From assembly GCA_030141605.1 (NCBI GenBank), contig JAQGDQ010000016.1, forward strand, positions 808,282-872,281: a stretch of 64,000 nucleotides of DNA, read 5' to 3'. The stretch is from Tubiluchus corallicola (lineage: Eukaryota; Animalia; Priapulida). The notes under the pieces are model-generated. The model ran no database searches. It was not told the origin of the DNA and saw nothing but the letters and a program-made list of their open reading frames with translations. Position 1 is the first letter of the stretch. Each line of letters opens with the position of its first letter. The position numbers and the translations under genes are program-made. This document shows positions 14,746-28,900 of the stretch, piece by piece.

Positions 14746-16665
14746 ATCTTATCTAATGTGTGTTGGTGATAATCTAATGTAACTATCAAAAGAGTTGCTG
14801 CAGAGACTGTGTAATCTAAAACTAGCTATTAATTGTTACTAAATATAAACACAAAAATGACGAAAAAATGTTCTAATATAGGTGTAGATGTGCAATCCTG
14901 TGCCTGTAATTAAACGTTTTTCGAAAAGTGGGCGTGGCCAGGTCACGTGACATTTGCGTGAAATATTAAAACAACGTTGTAGATCTCGTTGAAATAAAGT
15001 CGTTCAAAGCTAGCAGAAGGTAATGCTAAACGCTTGCGGATTGTTTGTGAAGGTAAAAAATGGAAGGTAAAAAACAGAGAGTGTTTTAGGAATTTGGTAT
15101 GGTGGTGAAGAGGGGGTTAATTTGAACTTTATCACATTAACCCCTTTATTAAAGTTTAATAAACCCAGCAGGGTAAAACGGCTCAAGGAGCCACATATAC
15201 GCACAATATACTCTTCCATTTCCTGACATGATGATTTGTTTGTAAATATACACTTACGTATATTTAAACGAGAGTATATCCAATAAGTACGAATTAATAC
15301 AGCTGAGCACTGAGCAATTGACGTCAAATAAAATGTCAATCATTCTCAGTCAAGCTCTGCTGACTGTCCAATCAGTGCGCATATTTTTCACACGCCCACA
15401 GAACCGGTTCATTACCTCATGTTTCGGGACAATAGCTTTAACTATGTATTGACGGTATATATTATATTCTTATGAAAAATGCTCAACTTTTTATGAGTTT
15501 GTGGGAGAGAAATCAGCCTTGTTTTAGATCTTATTACAGGCTGTCGATTGTCTGGATTGTCGATTAAAATTGAGTATGAATTAGTGGAAACACATAGTAT
15601 AATTTCGTTTTTATAGGAAGAAATGCGCGGCGCTTGCGTCTATGAGTTACTGATTTTGTTACTAATAAAAAACGCAGTTTAGTTTAATGTAAGATTTTGC
15701 AAGCTAAATATAGACAAGTATTAACTTTAAAAAAATACAAATTAACTTAACGAGGTTAATTAGGCCTATCATGTGACACTGCTTTAATGATCGCAAATCT
15801 AAAATGGCCTACGTGTACAGAGGTGACAATGAAATTTATGACTTTATATTGAAGCCCGAGTTGGCAGATATAAATGATTCAAGGTTAACATGCATGTAAA
15901 AATTACAGGCTGAGCACTTCTAAGTAGGTTTGCGCAGGATGTAGGAATGGCCAAGTTAGCAATAGTTGAAGCCCAGGGGCAGAGTTGAACTCATCTACGG
16001 GAATACGTGACAACTGTCAGGATTATGTGGTAAGCGAGCACACTCATAGGAATTCACATTCACGCAAAATATTTTCTTTTCTGGTCAGTTTTTATAAACC
16101 TCAATAAGATCTTCACGGTCCAAATTAATTCAAATGTGGTCAAAGTTTATGTTATATATCAACGTAAAATTTGAATTTTGAAATAGTCAATTTTATGCTA
16201 TTTTCCTGGCTATAACCATTATTAAAAGATGCCATTGGGACTTATGACGTGCGTCACTTGGGCAAGATTGTCTATGGAATAAAATAATCAAATTTATTCC
16301 ATTTCCGTAGTCTAACAAACAGTTGAAAAAATGCAAAAAGTGGATAAAAGCTTGCTAACGACCACATAATTAGTTGGAATTAGAAAAAAATACGTCGCAG
16401 GTATGATGTGTTCCTTTAGTCGAAGGCAAAAGAGACTTTCGTAAATAAATTTTGTTGCTCATTTATTGTAAAGCAAGGCTAACTGGCTTAGTTTCTTTAT
16501 TATACTTATGTCTCTATATTTTGTAGTGCTTTGAAACTTCGTCTCTACATTCTGTTTAAATTACTACTTGAAGTGTAAAAATAGCTGTTACTCTGCGAAT
16601 TTATGTTTATGAAAAGTGCAATCAGTTTATCTGCTGATTAGACATTAATTGTGACTGTCGTGTTG

Positions 16666-17163
16666 TTTAGTTTAGTTTAGTTTAGTTTAGTCTAGTCTAG
16701 TCTAGTCTAGTCTAGTCTAGTCTAGTCTAGTCTAGCCTAGTCTAGTGTTTAGTTTAGTTTAGTTTAGTCTAGTCTAGTCTAGTCTAGTCTAGTCTAGTCT
16801 AGTCTAGTCTAGTCTAGTCTAGTCTAGTCTAGTCTAGTCTAGTCTAGTTTAGTTTAGTTTAGTGTTTAGTTTAGTTTAGTTTAGTGTTTAGTTTAGTTTA
16901 GTTTAGTTTAGTTTAGTTTAGTCTAGTCTAGTCTAGTCTAGTCTAGTCTAGTCTAGTCTAGTCTAGTCTAGTCTAGTCTAGTCTAGTCTAGTCTAGTCTA
17001 GTCTAGTCTAGTTTAGTCTAGTCTAGTCTAGTTTAGTGTTTAGTTTAGTTTAGTCTAGTCTAGTCTAGTCTAGTCTAGTCTAGTCTAGTCTAGTCTAGTC
17101 TAGTCTAGTCTAGTCTAGTCTAGTCTAGTCTAGTCTAGTCTAGTCTAGTCTAGTCTAGTTTAG
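16666..17163. repeat. (TCTAG)n/(TTTAG)n pentanucleotide array, ~500 bp
   Basis: Alternating blocks of the two pentamers with occasional TG insertions. Confidence 0.97.
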
Positions 17164-17929
17164 ACAGTTGTTGTTCAGCGTGAGCTGCTGTCCCGAATGC
17201 CGCTGAGCGTGCTTACGTTACAGCGGGGCGGAACGATAGACCAATATGATTGACGTCAATTATTCGTCCCCTACAACATAGAGGTCAAAGTTGTAATCTC
17301 GCCAAAATGGCTATTAGTTCGCACAACTTGCACACAACATTGGACACTCATAATGCCTGTCAACCATGGAATTTGTCAATATTGCTATGATGATCAGATT
17401 AAAGACAAAAATAATTTTATTCTCGAACGAAAAATGTTTAATGAAAGCGTTATTTGGAAGAGTATACTGATCATTAGTTTGCAACTTTAAACTGAGTAAG
17501 GCCTGCAGTTAAATGCTAGATTAAAAAAAACCGAACCCAATCTTAAACTATAGCACAATACAATCTACCCTACGAGATACTGAAACGGAACATACTATTT
17601 TTCAAGAATGACTTATGTGAAAGACTTATTACCACAGAAACGTAATTTTGCCCTCGCGTGCTTAGTTCATCGATGTCCCATGCATTTCGCCATTCGCTAT
17701 GGCCACTAGTGCCTGCATCTTGGAAACGTATTCCACAAAAAATAGGTGCTGCACATCTCAGTTCATATGTGTTAGTTTCTGCCGAACTACACACGTTCGA
17801 CAGCTCATACGTGAGCACAACGGTAAATTTGAATTTTGAACTTAAAATTTGCCGAGTTTTTGTATAGCACACAGTACAGTAGAACTGCGCTTCAATTTTC
17901 GCTTTTGCAAACACGTACAACATGCTCAT

Positions 17930-18110
17930 GTAATATTTGTGTTGTTGAAAATTTTGGTCAGTTGTGATGTCATCACCATTTATGCTCGCTCACCGTTAAT
18001 TAAGTTTTTAACCAATCATTTAATTATCAGAAACGCTTTGACATTATTATAGGTGATACAATGTATAGTTTTCACTGCACTTCAAAATCAGGTAGGATAT
18101 CAAAAATCAT
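17930..18110 (+). repeat. Dispersed repeat with an inverted homologue at 58715-58897
   Basis: Shared TTTGTG(T/C)TG(T/C)TGAAAATT...TGTGA(T/C)GTCATCAC...CCGTTAATT...CTTCAAAAT...GTAGG. Confidence 0.75.
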
Positions 18111-20810
18111 CCTGCTTTCCTTTAAAGCTTAAAGTGTGTCAAGTTACTATATAAAAGAATATTCGTATTAACTGGGTAATGTTACCACCAAACCCAGCAA
18201 ATGTCAACGGTTTATTTCATTGTGCGCCGCAATGTTTTTAAAGCGCAATAAATTTTATTGTGGCGTAAGGATGGTTAAATAAACATACACTTATGAGGTA
18301 TTTGAAATCATCTGCTAGCGTTTTTAATTGCTAAAAACGTCTGTCTTCACTTTAGGAATTAGACTTTGAAAACACATTTTATCTCTTTGTTAATCCTATT
18401 CTTGTAACAAGCCTATAAAGCGTTGCAATCTCCTATAATAAATTAATGGTATTTGAAACCAATGACTGTCTTTGGCTTTGCAGCTGTGACTTCGTCACTT
18501 CCAATGTGCTTACAGATTAGTATAATAATAACCACGTGGCTTCATCAATTTTCATTTGTGGGTCATATTCCCACCAGGCAACAAGTTGTCAAGCACAATT
18601 TATTGTAATCGATCGTTCAGTTGTATTAATACTCTAGCAGCATAAAGAAATATACTACGTGAACGAACGTGTAAAATTGACTTTTTTTGTTATTGACGCT
18701 GGTTACAAGAACGAGACTGAGTGTACTGAGATGTGGACGTCGACATAGTAAGTGCTACGTTTACATACATCGGGTGTGCTGCCACCTAGTCCCCCCTCCG
18801 AGAAACGTCAAACATGCACATTTGTTTACGTAAAGTTTCGTTTTTTTATCTTGCCTGAGGAAGTGTCCACATTTTTGGACTTCATTTTAATTAAATTTTC
18901 AGAATTATTAATAGTGAAGATCGATTGTTTCCAATTTTCTGAACATTGCAGATTTCGCATTTACTCGCAATTGTATATCTGGTAAACTAGTTTAACCTAC
19001 AGCCAAAGAAGTTATTAGGCATCTTAGATTACACGCCGACACTGTTTCACTTGTCTGACAATACGGTAAGCGCACCTTACGCTGTAGTTTTGTTGCCGAC
19101 AAAATTTTTGTAATACGTTGAAAATTCAAAACGTTTACAACACCTGATTCTTTTGATGCATCTACACTGACTCCCTCCTTTGCCTAGTTTGCGTTGCATT
19201 ATTTTCCTTGAACAGACGTAGTTCTCATAACCTTATTCGTCACAACATTCTATGACTTTGTATCAACTTTACCGTTTTGAAGCAGCACACGGTGTTGCGA
19301 AAAATTTGTTCCTAATACGGGTTTAAAGTATTAGTGGAATTTCAGCTGTTTCTATGAAAGCCTGGCTAATGGAGACTGAGCTTATGTTAGTAGATTGATG
19401 TCCTCCCTGGATAATTAAAGGTTAAATTAACATTGACAATTTAGCTGTGCTCATGCTAATTATGACAGCGCATGCGCACTACTCATTGCCTTCTTGTTTA
19501 GAATAATAGTGACTTGTTCAACGTCAAACCAAATAAATGCACCCAATGTGCACAGTCTCATGAATTTAGCTAATTAAGCCTATGATATGATAAGATTCTT
19601 TAAAGCACAAGGAAACACACTTCATGAATAAAGCTTAAAAATTGTTTTGAAATTTTATATCACATACATGCTGTCTTATTGCGTACAGGGCTTGCGTTAG
19701 TTGTAATATAAAATTTTTAAATTTAAGTTACCGCGATGACTGTTAGGGGTACCCATTTTAACGGTAAGCCGTTCAAAACAAGTGTAGCTAACATTGCGTA
19801 AAGTTTGAAAAAAATAATTAAAGCACTCGTAGCGCACTCTTGCCTTACTACGGAAGAGTTTAAATTACTTTATATTGTCAATAAGGTCAATAATGTGTTT
19901 TCTGTGAATCAGTGATGTACATTATAATGGTGATGCGGTACCGTTTCACCAAGTGGCGCAAATATTTTAAATTATTAAGAATTTTCTTCTGTACATAAGT
20001 TTTTCAAACACGTAAGCTTAATGCTAAGTAATATAACTTTGATGGAAAGTTCTTTGAGAAATACCTTGAAATTCCTCTTTCTTCCAATTTAAGAGTATTG
20101 GGTAGTTGTTAAGAAAGACAAGATAATATTGGGTATTATAGTGATGTGTTCCACCGATTTCCCTGTGGCAACCTTTCAGCGTTAAACAGATCCCGCATGT
20201 TTGTACTGATGACCAATATCACCCTATTGTGGATGAAATATTGAACAAGCCAAGCAGCAGCTGGGATGTACACGCTTCTCTCATAAACGGGTGGCTATAC
20301 ATATTTGCACAGCACGGCAAACAATTACATCTGCATCACAATGCATAGTAGTTTTTTTCTCATTGCTTCATAGCTTGTAAGTTGTATACAAATAAATGAT
20401 ACATTCGTCTGTCATCAAATATCTAAGAAAATGGCAGAAATTTAGGAACTTGTGCGCCCCGGTTTTGGGACCGCCTCCCTTGACTGTCTTCTGGAAACCA
20501 TTCGCTGCCGCGGATCGATATGCAGCGGATCACGTGACCAGCGTGTTGAATTTTTCATGGCTACGCCACGGCGCTAATCGGATCTCACTCTTCGCTGATT
20601 GGCCGGCTGGTATTTTTGCGATGCTTGTATCATTTCTATGGGGAGCGTGCGGAAGCCAGTGCTGCTGAAAACAGGGTGTAGAAGTTGCGCTATTTGCGCT
20701 GTTGTGTTAGTGGCTTCATTCTGATTGCTGAGTGGATAAAAAACATTAGTTGGCTAGTGATGCGCATTTAGGACCAGCCGTGTTTAATGAGTGCTGTATT
20801 TTTTCTTCAG

Positions 20811-20999
20811 AATTGCCACCTTGCACGCAGACGGGCCAGACATAAGTCCAGGAGATGCTAGTGCGAATGGTCGCCTGAAATCGAAACATTCTGTCATGGG
20901 TATACCTGGTTTCGTAAAACCGTCACGACCGACGTCTCTTTTCATCTTCACGGAGAAGAATCCTATCCGAAAATATGCCCGGATGATCGTCGAGTGGAC
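20811..20999 (+). CDS. cac: Cav2 exon 1 (visible): N-terminus IATLHADG...MGIPGFVKPSRPTSLFIFTEKNPIRKYARMIVEW
   Basis: Acceptor ttttcttcag ends at 20810. Exon ends at the U12 donor ATATCCTTT (21000). First in-frame ATG is at 20896; the true start is uncertain. Confidence 0.9.
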
Positions 21000-21299
21000 A
21001 TATCCTTTTATAGTGTTATTGAAGCTTTGATGATTTAGTTTAATTAGTTTTTTAGTTTAATCTCACCTCACCTTAAACAATTGTCTCGTCTCAAAGAACC
21101 ACATTGTCTCACGCCATTTCACGCCTTTAGTTTTCATTTCACGACAAATAACTGGAATTTCCAACATAACGATACGTGTAAAATTTTGTTTACAATTTAT
21201 TTACACTATATATTCGAGTATTTTAAAAGCAAAATGATAAGCCTAAGTGTGAAATTTAAAAATTGTCTTGGAAATTTTTGACTGCATGAAAATTGTTAC

Positions 21300-21822
21300 A
21301 GGGGTTTTGGACACAGACTATCGCGACATAACATTTTAGACACATAGATTATTTAGGCACAGAACATTTTAGACATACGTCATTTGGACACAAGATATTT
21401 TGCACACGTAGATTGTTTAGACACATGCATTACTTGGACACATAAGACATTTGAACACTTAAGTATTTTGGTAACGCAGATCATTTGGACACAGGTAATC
21501 TGGACACAATGTAATTTGGACACAAGGTCTATTTGGACAAACATTGGACAACGAAAAATAAGCTGCACATATCTTAATGTTTTACTGTTACAGTGTTCAT
21601 TTCTTGCGTCAAAATGACCTATGTGCCCAAATGATTTGTGTGTCCAAAACACTTAATGTCCAAAATACCTGGTGTCTGATTATCCTAAGTGACTAAATAC
21701 TTATATTAACAATAATGCCCAAATGGCTATGTGTCAAAATGACGTATGTATCCAAATCGCCTTGTGTCCAAATGTTTCGTGGTGAAGCATCCTGTGTCCA
21801 AATATCTGTGCCGAAATGACCT
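21300..21822. mobile_element. Foldback-like element with inverted arrays of TTTGGACACA subrepeats
   Basis: Left half has repeated TTTGGACAC, right half repeated GTGTCCAAA; 21373-21392 pairs with 21730-21749 (19/20). Confidence 0.75.
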
Positions 21823-21913
21823 ATGAAAATAATATTTGTAAACACTGTGGTGTATTTGCTTTATTCCACCCAGAATTTAGTTATTGTTTACACCATATCT
21901 TGCCTTTGTCTGA

Positions 21914-22120
<207 letters not shown>

Positions 22121-24610
22121 ATTTTTATTTTCACATATGAATTTTATTTTACTACATTTGTCTTCATTTCATTTCACCTACCTTTTTGCACGCTCTTTTG
22201 CTTACTTACAAAGTGTGCAAACAAATCGGCCAATAAAATCACTAAGTCTACCACAAGCCGCTTTCCTTTAATACTTCACTATTCTATCCTACCGCAATTT
22301 TACGCAAAACTAAAAGCTGCTTTGGTCGTGAGTAAATGGAGCTATTTTCTTGAAAAGAGAGGAATCAAAAACATGGCGTGTTTTAGGTTTTTTCGCAATG
22401 ATGGATTAAGTAGTAAGTTATAATGCGGCATTGTGCGCGTTTGTTATTCAAACAGTTTAAGTTTGTATGCATTGTAAACTGATGATTGATTTGTAGTCTT
22501 GTCGCTATATGAAGCCAGAGCATGTGCGACAATTTATGTTCAATAACGTCTGTCAAAGCTCGAAGCTTCTGCAACATAATTCCCAAATATGTCATTATAT
22601 GTGAATATTACACGAAATAGAGGGATTACAAAACGAATGAAGGTGTAATGTGGTGCATGCCGTGTTTTGGATGTAGAGAGTCTGTGCAGTAACTCTTGAT
22701 TTATTCTTTTAGTTGACAGAGTAAACTAAGCGAACATTTTTTGTAAAACTTTACCAGAGTAGTTACAATTAAATAAGTATGTTGCATACTAGTCAGCGTC
22801 TTAATACAGATTTTCAACATGTGTCTATTTTGCTCCATTAATTAGTTAAATGAGGACGGGGCGCCATGATCGCCAGCTGATAGTAGACCTATTTGATTTT
22901 CTGAGTCGTTTTGAAATTGATCTAAGAAACAATGTCATTTCGATATCAGATATATTATAATGGTGAAACAATGGAGAAAATAATGCAGACATAGTGCCTG
23001 GAAAGGTTAGAAATAGTCAAATTTGCAAGTTTCTCCAAGCCAAAAACTTCAACAAAACGTGTCGCTGGATCAAATCCCTGGAATAATTGACAAATCGAGG
23101 CTTAACGTACATGCACTCTTCTTGTTTTTTTTGCCGGTTTATTGTAGCCGCTGTCAAGAAGAGTTTATGAGGCTGGGCCGGGTAAACAAGGCTTAACCCA
23201 CGTTGCCGATCTGTAACACCTTGCGGTAGCTGTAATCTTTGGAAGCTCCACAAATACCCGGTAACAGAGATGTAGTAAACACAAAGCAATGATGATTAAA
23301 CTATCTGAGGCTTCTGTCATCTATTTATATCAACTTCATGAGGAAGGTGAAGAGGCTGAAGTCCTTTGTGTAAACCAATTACGTTAACAATTTACACAAG
23401 ATAGGATATTAAAATTTCATTCATTCACTCTGTCACCATCTCAGTCATTCATTCATTCATTCTTTCTTTCTTTCTTTCTTTCTTCCTTCCTTCCTTCCTT
23501 TCTTTCTTTCATTCTTTTTTGCTTTCTTTCTTTCTTTATTTGTTTTTTCATTCATTTACTCAATTATTCATTCATTCATAAAACATACATTCATTCAGTC
23601 GTTTATTCATTCATGCATTCGTTCGTTCGTCTGTCCATTTGTTCATTCATTTATTTATTCACTTCTTTCTTGATTTATGAACAATCACAAGTTCAATATT
23701 GTGTTCTATATTTTACTGGTCACGCAGTTCGCTTCAGCTCTGTGCTTTTTGAAGCGTGTTGGTCCCATATTGCATATTTATTATTTAATTTCTCTTTTTT
23801 TTCTATTTTACTTTTACTAATGGGACATTTTTATTTCTCTTTATTAATAAATGTTCAATAGAATAAATGCAAGGAATTCTCATCACTGAATGATCAACTG
23901 ACCACTTCGTTCACCTGATTTCATTCGTTCACCGGACAAACTTGCCTAGCTGTCTGTTTGTTCGTTCGTTTGTTTGCTTGTTTCCTAGTTCTTTTATTTG
24001 TTTGCTTGCTTGCTTGTTTGTCTGTGTGTTTCTCTGTAGTTTATTTGTTTGTTTGTTTGCATGTTCGGTTGTTTGCTTACTTTTTGTTTGTTTATTCGTA
24101 CGTACGTTCGTTTATTCGTTCGTACGTTCGTCCGTCCGTCCGTCCGTCCGTTTGTTCGTTCGTTTCAAAAGTTTTTTTTAATTGTACAGGTTTCCGTTTT
24201 GTGCCCCTACTGCAAAACTGTTTTATGAAGTGTCTTACCAGCTTGCAACTATTGTGCATTTGCAAAATTTGCATATCACACAGTTGACTGAAAAAGCAAG
24301 TAAATCTTGGTAAATTATGATTTTAACTTTCACGCTCACGTTTATTTACCACCAAGCAGTTATCATTTGAGAATTGTTTGATTCTGTCTGCATCAGTTCA
24401 ATGAATATTCAGCACGAGTAACATGCGAGTAACATGGCGCAAGATGGCTTCATTCATTGTAATGCCTGATTGAAGACAGGCTGTAGATGAAGCGCTGATT
24501 ACAGAAGGAGTGGAAAATTGCCATAAAATTGAGTTCAGATTCCAATATTTGATTGCGATCTTTAAATCGATTGTGGGATGCTGTAGTCTATAAAGTCTCT
24601 GTTATTGCCC

Positions 24611-24673
<63 letters not shown>

Positions 24674-27324
24674 CCAGTTGTCGTATTTTCTTCAACGTTT
24701 CTAAAACCTTTTAGCAAGAGTAATGGTGAAGAACCAAGAGTAATGGTGGAGAACTCTTTTCGCTGAACTTATAAAAATGCTATTTTAGAACAATTAATTT
24801 TGAGGAAAGATATTCTGTGAGAAAAGTGATGACAACGTGTCTTGCTCGGCACATGCCAATATCTCCGAACTTGACTTTTCCGACTTTTGGCGTCACCAGC
24901 CCCTGGGGTTAACGTCGTGTAAAATTCATTAAACATGCAAGAAGCATTCTCAATTTAATTCGTTTGCTGACATCGCAGACTCGCTCTTAAAACGCAGTGT
25001 CACCTTGATACATTACCACCGGCGTGTTGGTACAGCGTTTGAGTAATGCTATAAGTGACTACAAGCCTTCAGGTTTATTAGAAAAATTCTACACTCAGCA
25101 TTAACCCTAAGCACTGGATGAATATCATGACGCATCATCATGCATCATGCATGCCTGTTTGTACATTAGAAAATGTAATAATGTCACTAGTAGCCGTTGA
25201 CTCGTAACGAAATGTTCGTTTCAGAACAATGCGTAACAACTACTAACAGAGTTGTTGTCGTCACCACAGCTGTCGTCATTTTCATTATCGCCATCTTCGT
25301 CAACGTCGTCATCATTAAGTTTGCATAGTCGCTGTGATTATCATTAACGAAGCAAGGTGGTATGCATCTTTTCACATTTTCTGTCTTTCAATCTTAACAT
25401 TAAGATTTTAATAATTAATTAATCACTCACGGAAATGTCTGGCTCAAAATTAACCAAAATGAAAAACTGATCTGTTTAGTATAATAACTCTAGTGTGAGC
25501 GATCTAACTTTAAAAATGCGGAATTTGGTTGGCCAGCTGTCAGGGCGAATTTTGGACTGTGTTGATCACCGGGAATGCTGTGGCCTAGGGTTCTAAGGCG
25601 TCTGTCTTGTATGCTTGTTTCAAATCCATGCTGCATTCCAACTTTTTCCACATTTCTTGTCGTAAAGTTTAATATCAAAATTTAATTAATTGTTGGATTG
25701 TACCAGTTGTGTCAGTTGTTGTCGTCACTGATGTTGTCATCTTCGCCATTGTTGTCGTCATTCAATTCTCTTATGTAATCAAACATTCTCCATCTACGCC
25801 TGTTGCATAAAATGAATTTCATGCGAAAGAGTTATATTTGCTTGGTCACAAGATTGTGTTTCGCAGAAGTAATTTCCTGCCGCGACACAGTATCCGGTCT
25901 CATAAACTTCTAAACAGAGGCAATTGAGTTTGAGTTCCCTTACATGGCTTCATGTAGAAAAGCTTAATGTAAAGTCACTCAAATGTGGAAAGCATTCGTC
26001 GTTATTCCTGCAACTATAGCAACACTAAAAGTTCTAGCTAAATGTCACTGAGCTACTAATAATTTGTGAAAGCAATCATCAAATTAATGCTCGCAGAACT
26101 AATAACAGAAAACTGAAACTAATAGTGGGGAGAAATTAAAAGCCTTCCTCTTCTTCCTGCTGAGTTTTTTATACTCGTCTATAAAGTTTTTATAGATGTC
26201 GCTACCAGCGTTTTCAACACTTTCTAATCAATACATTTGTCGCCAAACATAGCGCTCCCTTAACACCCAAATATTGCAAAGCCACAAGGGTTTTGAGTCG
26301 TAATTAGAACTGGAAACGGAAGCCAAATATACAATTTGAGTATAGCGTGTCCTGAGAAATGCGTATTTCTGCCGTAAATATAATTATAATCTCAAAGCTC
26401 ATACACTGCGCGCAACCTTGTTCTATGAACCACACCGGTAATAAATAATGAACAGGATGATATGAGTATAGCGTACTTAGCTAAATGAAGCCGAAGTATC
26501 ATGCCAGTATTTTTAGATTAAGGTCCACTGAATAAGGTCCATTTTCGACCAACACTCAGTAGCCTACTGTCAATATTTTCTGATTGTGATAGTATCTAAG
26601 CGTAGCTAGTATCAAGAATAATTCTCTGAGATGAGACACTAAACTGACAAAAGCAAAAGTAGAAAGCAGACTCAGTACGACCCCGGTCGTCGTATGGACT
26701 GCCCGGCCTAAATTCGTTGGTTATTATTAAAATTAGATTTTGGGACAGATTACATAACAGGCCACTATAGTTTACAAGCAAGTTATATGCCGGTGTCTGA
26801 ATTTACGTAAGCCGCTTAAGCCGAAATATCGCTCTCTTTCTCTCTCTCCCGCTCTCTCTCTCTCACTCTCATCCCCTCTTTCTCTCCCTCTCTCTCTCAC
26901 ACACTCTCTCTCCCCCTCTCTCTCTCTCCGCTTCCTCCCTCCCCCTTTCTCTCTCACGCTATCCGCAAATCGTCTGATAACCTATCGATGTCATGGATTC
27001 ACGCACCAGAGCAAGAGATATTGACAGAGCATTTTAAGTAATTAGATGGGTATGGCTGATTATTGATTCTCCTTCGACCCAAGCTGGTAAAGCTGCTTAT
27101 GTAGGCGGGTTACATCAAAATTAATTACGTCCATATCGTGATTTATCAGTTGATACATGTGTTATCTGGAATGAAATGATATTGTGCAAGCAACATAGAT
27201 TATTTTATTCTTTCTATCCTTTTCCTTAAAACTAGTTTTCCTTCTTGGTTTTGGCTTTCCTGAAGTGGAACAGTCTTTGGTATGATCTCGTACTATGAGT
27301 TGATACAATGTAGCCTGAAAAGCC

Positions 27325-27450
27325 GAGTGCCATTGTGATGCAGTGATTGGCATAGTTGCTCGGAATGCAGAAAATGTTGGGTTCGAGCCCCAGTGGATGT
27401 GCAAAATTTTTCAGACGTTTTAATTTAGTATTGCTTTCGTGTATTTATAG
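27325..27450 (+). mobile_element. tRNA-derived SINE-like remnant
   Basis: A-box-like TGATGCAGTGA, B-box GGTTCGAGCCC at 27380, then AATTTTTCAGAC; related copies at ~9040-9135 (+) and ~3240-3340 (-). Confidence 0.55.
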
Positions 27451-27884
27451 TATTTCGTGAACAAACGAAGCAGTTCCAATAAAAATTTAGTATGTGAAGT
27501 ATCCAATGTAAGCATGCCATAATTTTCTCTTAATGGCAGTATTTTCTCTCAAATTGCATAACTCTTTTTACACCTAACCTGCAGTTTATGCAGACCAAAG
27601 ATAAAAGGTCTATAAATGTTATAAGGTAAAAATCGTAGCCTATATTATCATCGCCGTGTAACGACTCGTGCAGTGACATGTGCCTTGTATGTGCAATTTT
27701 TGTTGTAGCGATTTTAAAAGGAAAGAAAGAGGAGTTTTAAAGTAAGTCTCAACTAACTTACCATACAAAATTACATCACTTAGCTTTACGATTACTTGTT
27801 TGAAAGTCATCTGCAATTGGAAAAGCAAATTTCTAATACATGTACCTGCTCGCGCCAACTGCTATAGCGTCACTGTTTCACATC

Positions 27885-28900
27885 CCAGCAGCAGCAACAG
27901 TAGTAGTAATCTTTATTTGCTATAAAAGAATTGCATAAAAATACAGCACAACTTTACTCAGTGTAGTTGTTTTAAACACATAACATTGCTGAAGGCAAAA
28001 GCACCCAGTGCAAATTGATTAAGAATAATAAAAACGTCAGTTTCTAAAAACTACACTTGCAAGGAGCCTATAAAATTTCAAGTTATGCTAAAAGTATATA
28101 CAATATATACAAAGTATTACAAACTATGACAGATACAAAGTACTCTGGAAAGTAGTACAAAGAACTATTGCTACAAGGTACATTACAATTACTAATACAA
28201 TGCGAAATCAGAATACAAATATTAATTACAAGTTACACAATTACGGAATACACAAACTACTTAAATACAATAACTAGACATTTAACCGAAAATTAACAAA
28301 AACAAAACGTTGTATTGGAGATATATATGTTTGAAATAGAGTTATATTTTTTTAGAGTAAACGCATGATTAACTGAATTTTTTACTTGTTAGCAAATTTA
28401 AATAAATATAAGGAAGTTTTTTGGTGGCGCGTATAAGATGTGTCTGCGTGAGCGTAGTTGTTATATATAGCATACGATGGCCGAGTATATCTGGTTAGTA
28501 AGTGATTTTTAAGTTTATTTTTAAATTCTTTTTTTTGCTAGATTATTCCACAGATATATTGCTAGTTTAGAAATTGAGTAGCTACCATATTTGTTAGTTG
28601 TACGGATTTATTTTAATTATAGGTTCTATCGTTTAACTGCCTGTCATGTAATAGCAAAAACTTATTGTTAGTGAAGGGGATATTAATGCCTTTAATATAC
28701 TTGTAAAGGAGTAGTAGTGTGTGTGTGTGTGTGTGTGTGTTAGTCTCTGCGTGCTTCTTGAATCGGTGTTTTCGTTCGTGACCTGAAATTTGTTGCTGAT
28801 TGTGTTCGACTTTTAGAAGTTTTGTGGGAATAGCCAGAAATTAAACGTAATGCATAATTCTGCAGTAAATTTAATTTTAAAAAGTCTTCATGTTTAATAC
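27885..28900 (-). mobile_element. Decayed L2/CR1-group LINE 3' end
   Basis: Minus-strand motifs KLNLLQNYALRLIS and NKYGSYSISKLAIYLWNNL..FKNKLKNHLL, followed by an AT-rich UTR, AATAAA and a short triplet tail. Confidence 0.65.

Noticed and set aside
21300-21822. CRISPR-like repeat-spacer array
   Set aside because: Eukaryotic intron; repeats are short, degenerate and switch orientation; no cas genes.
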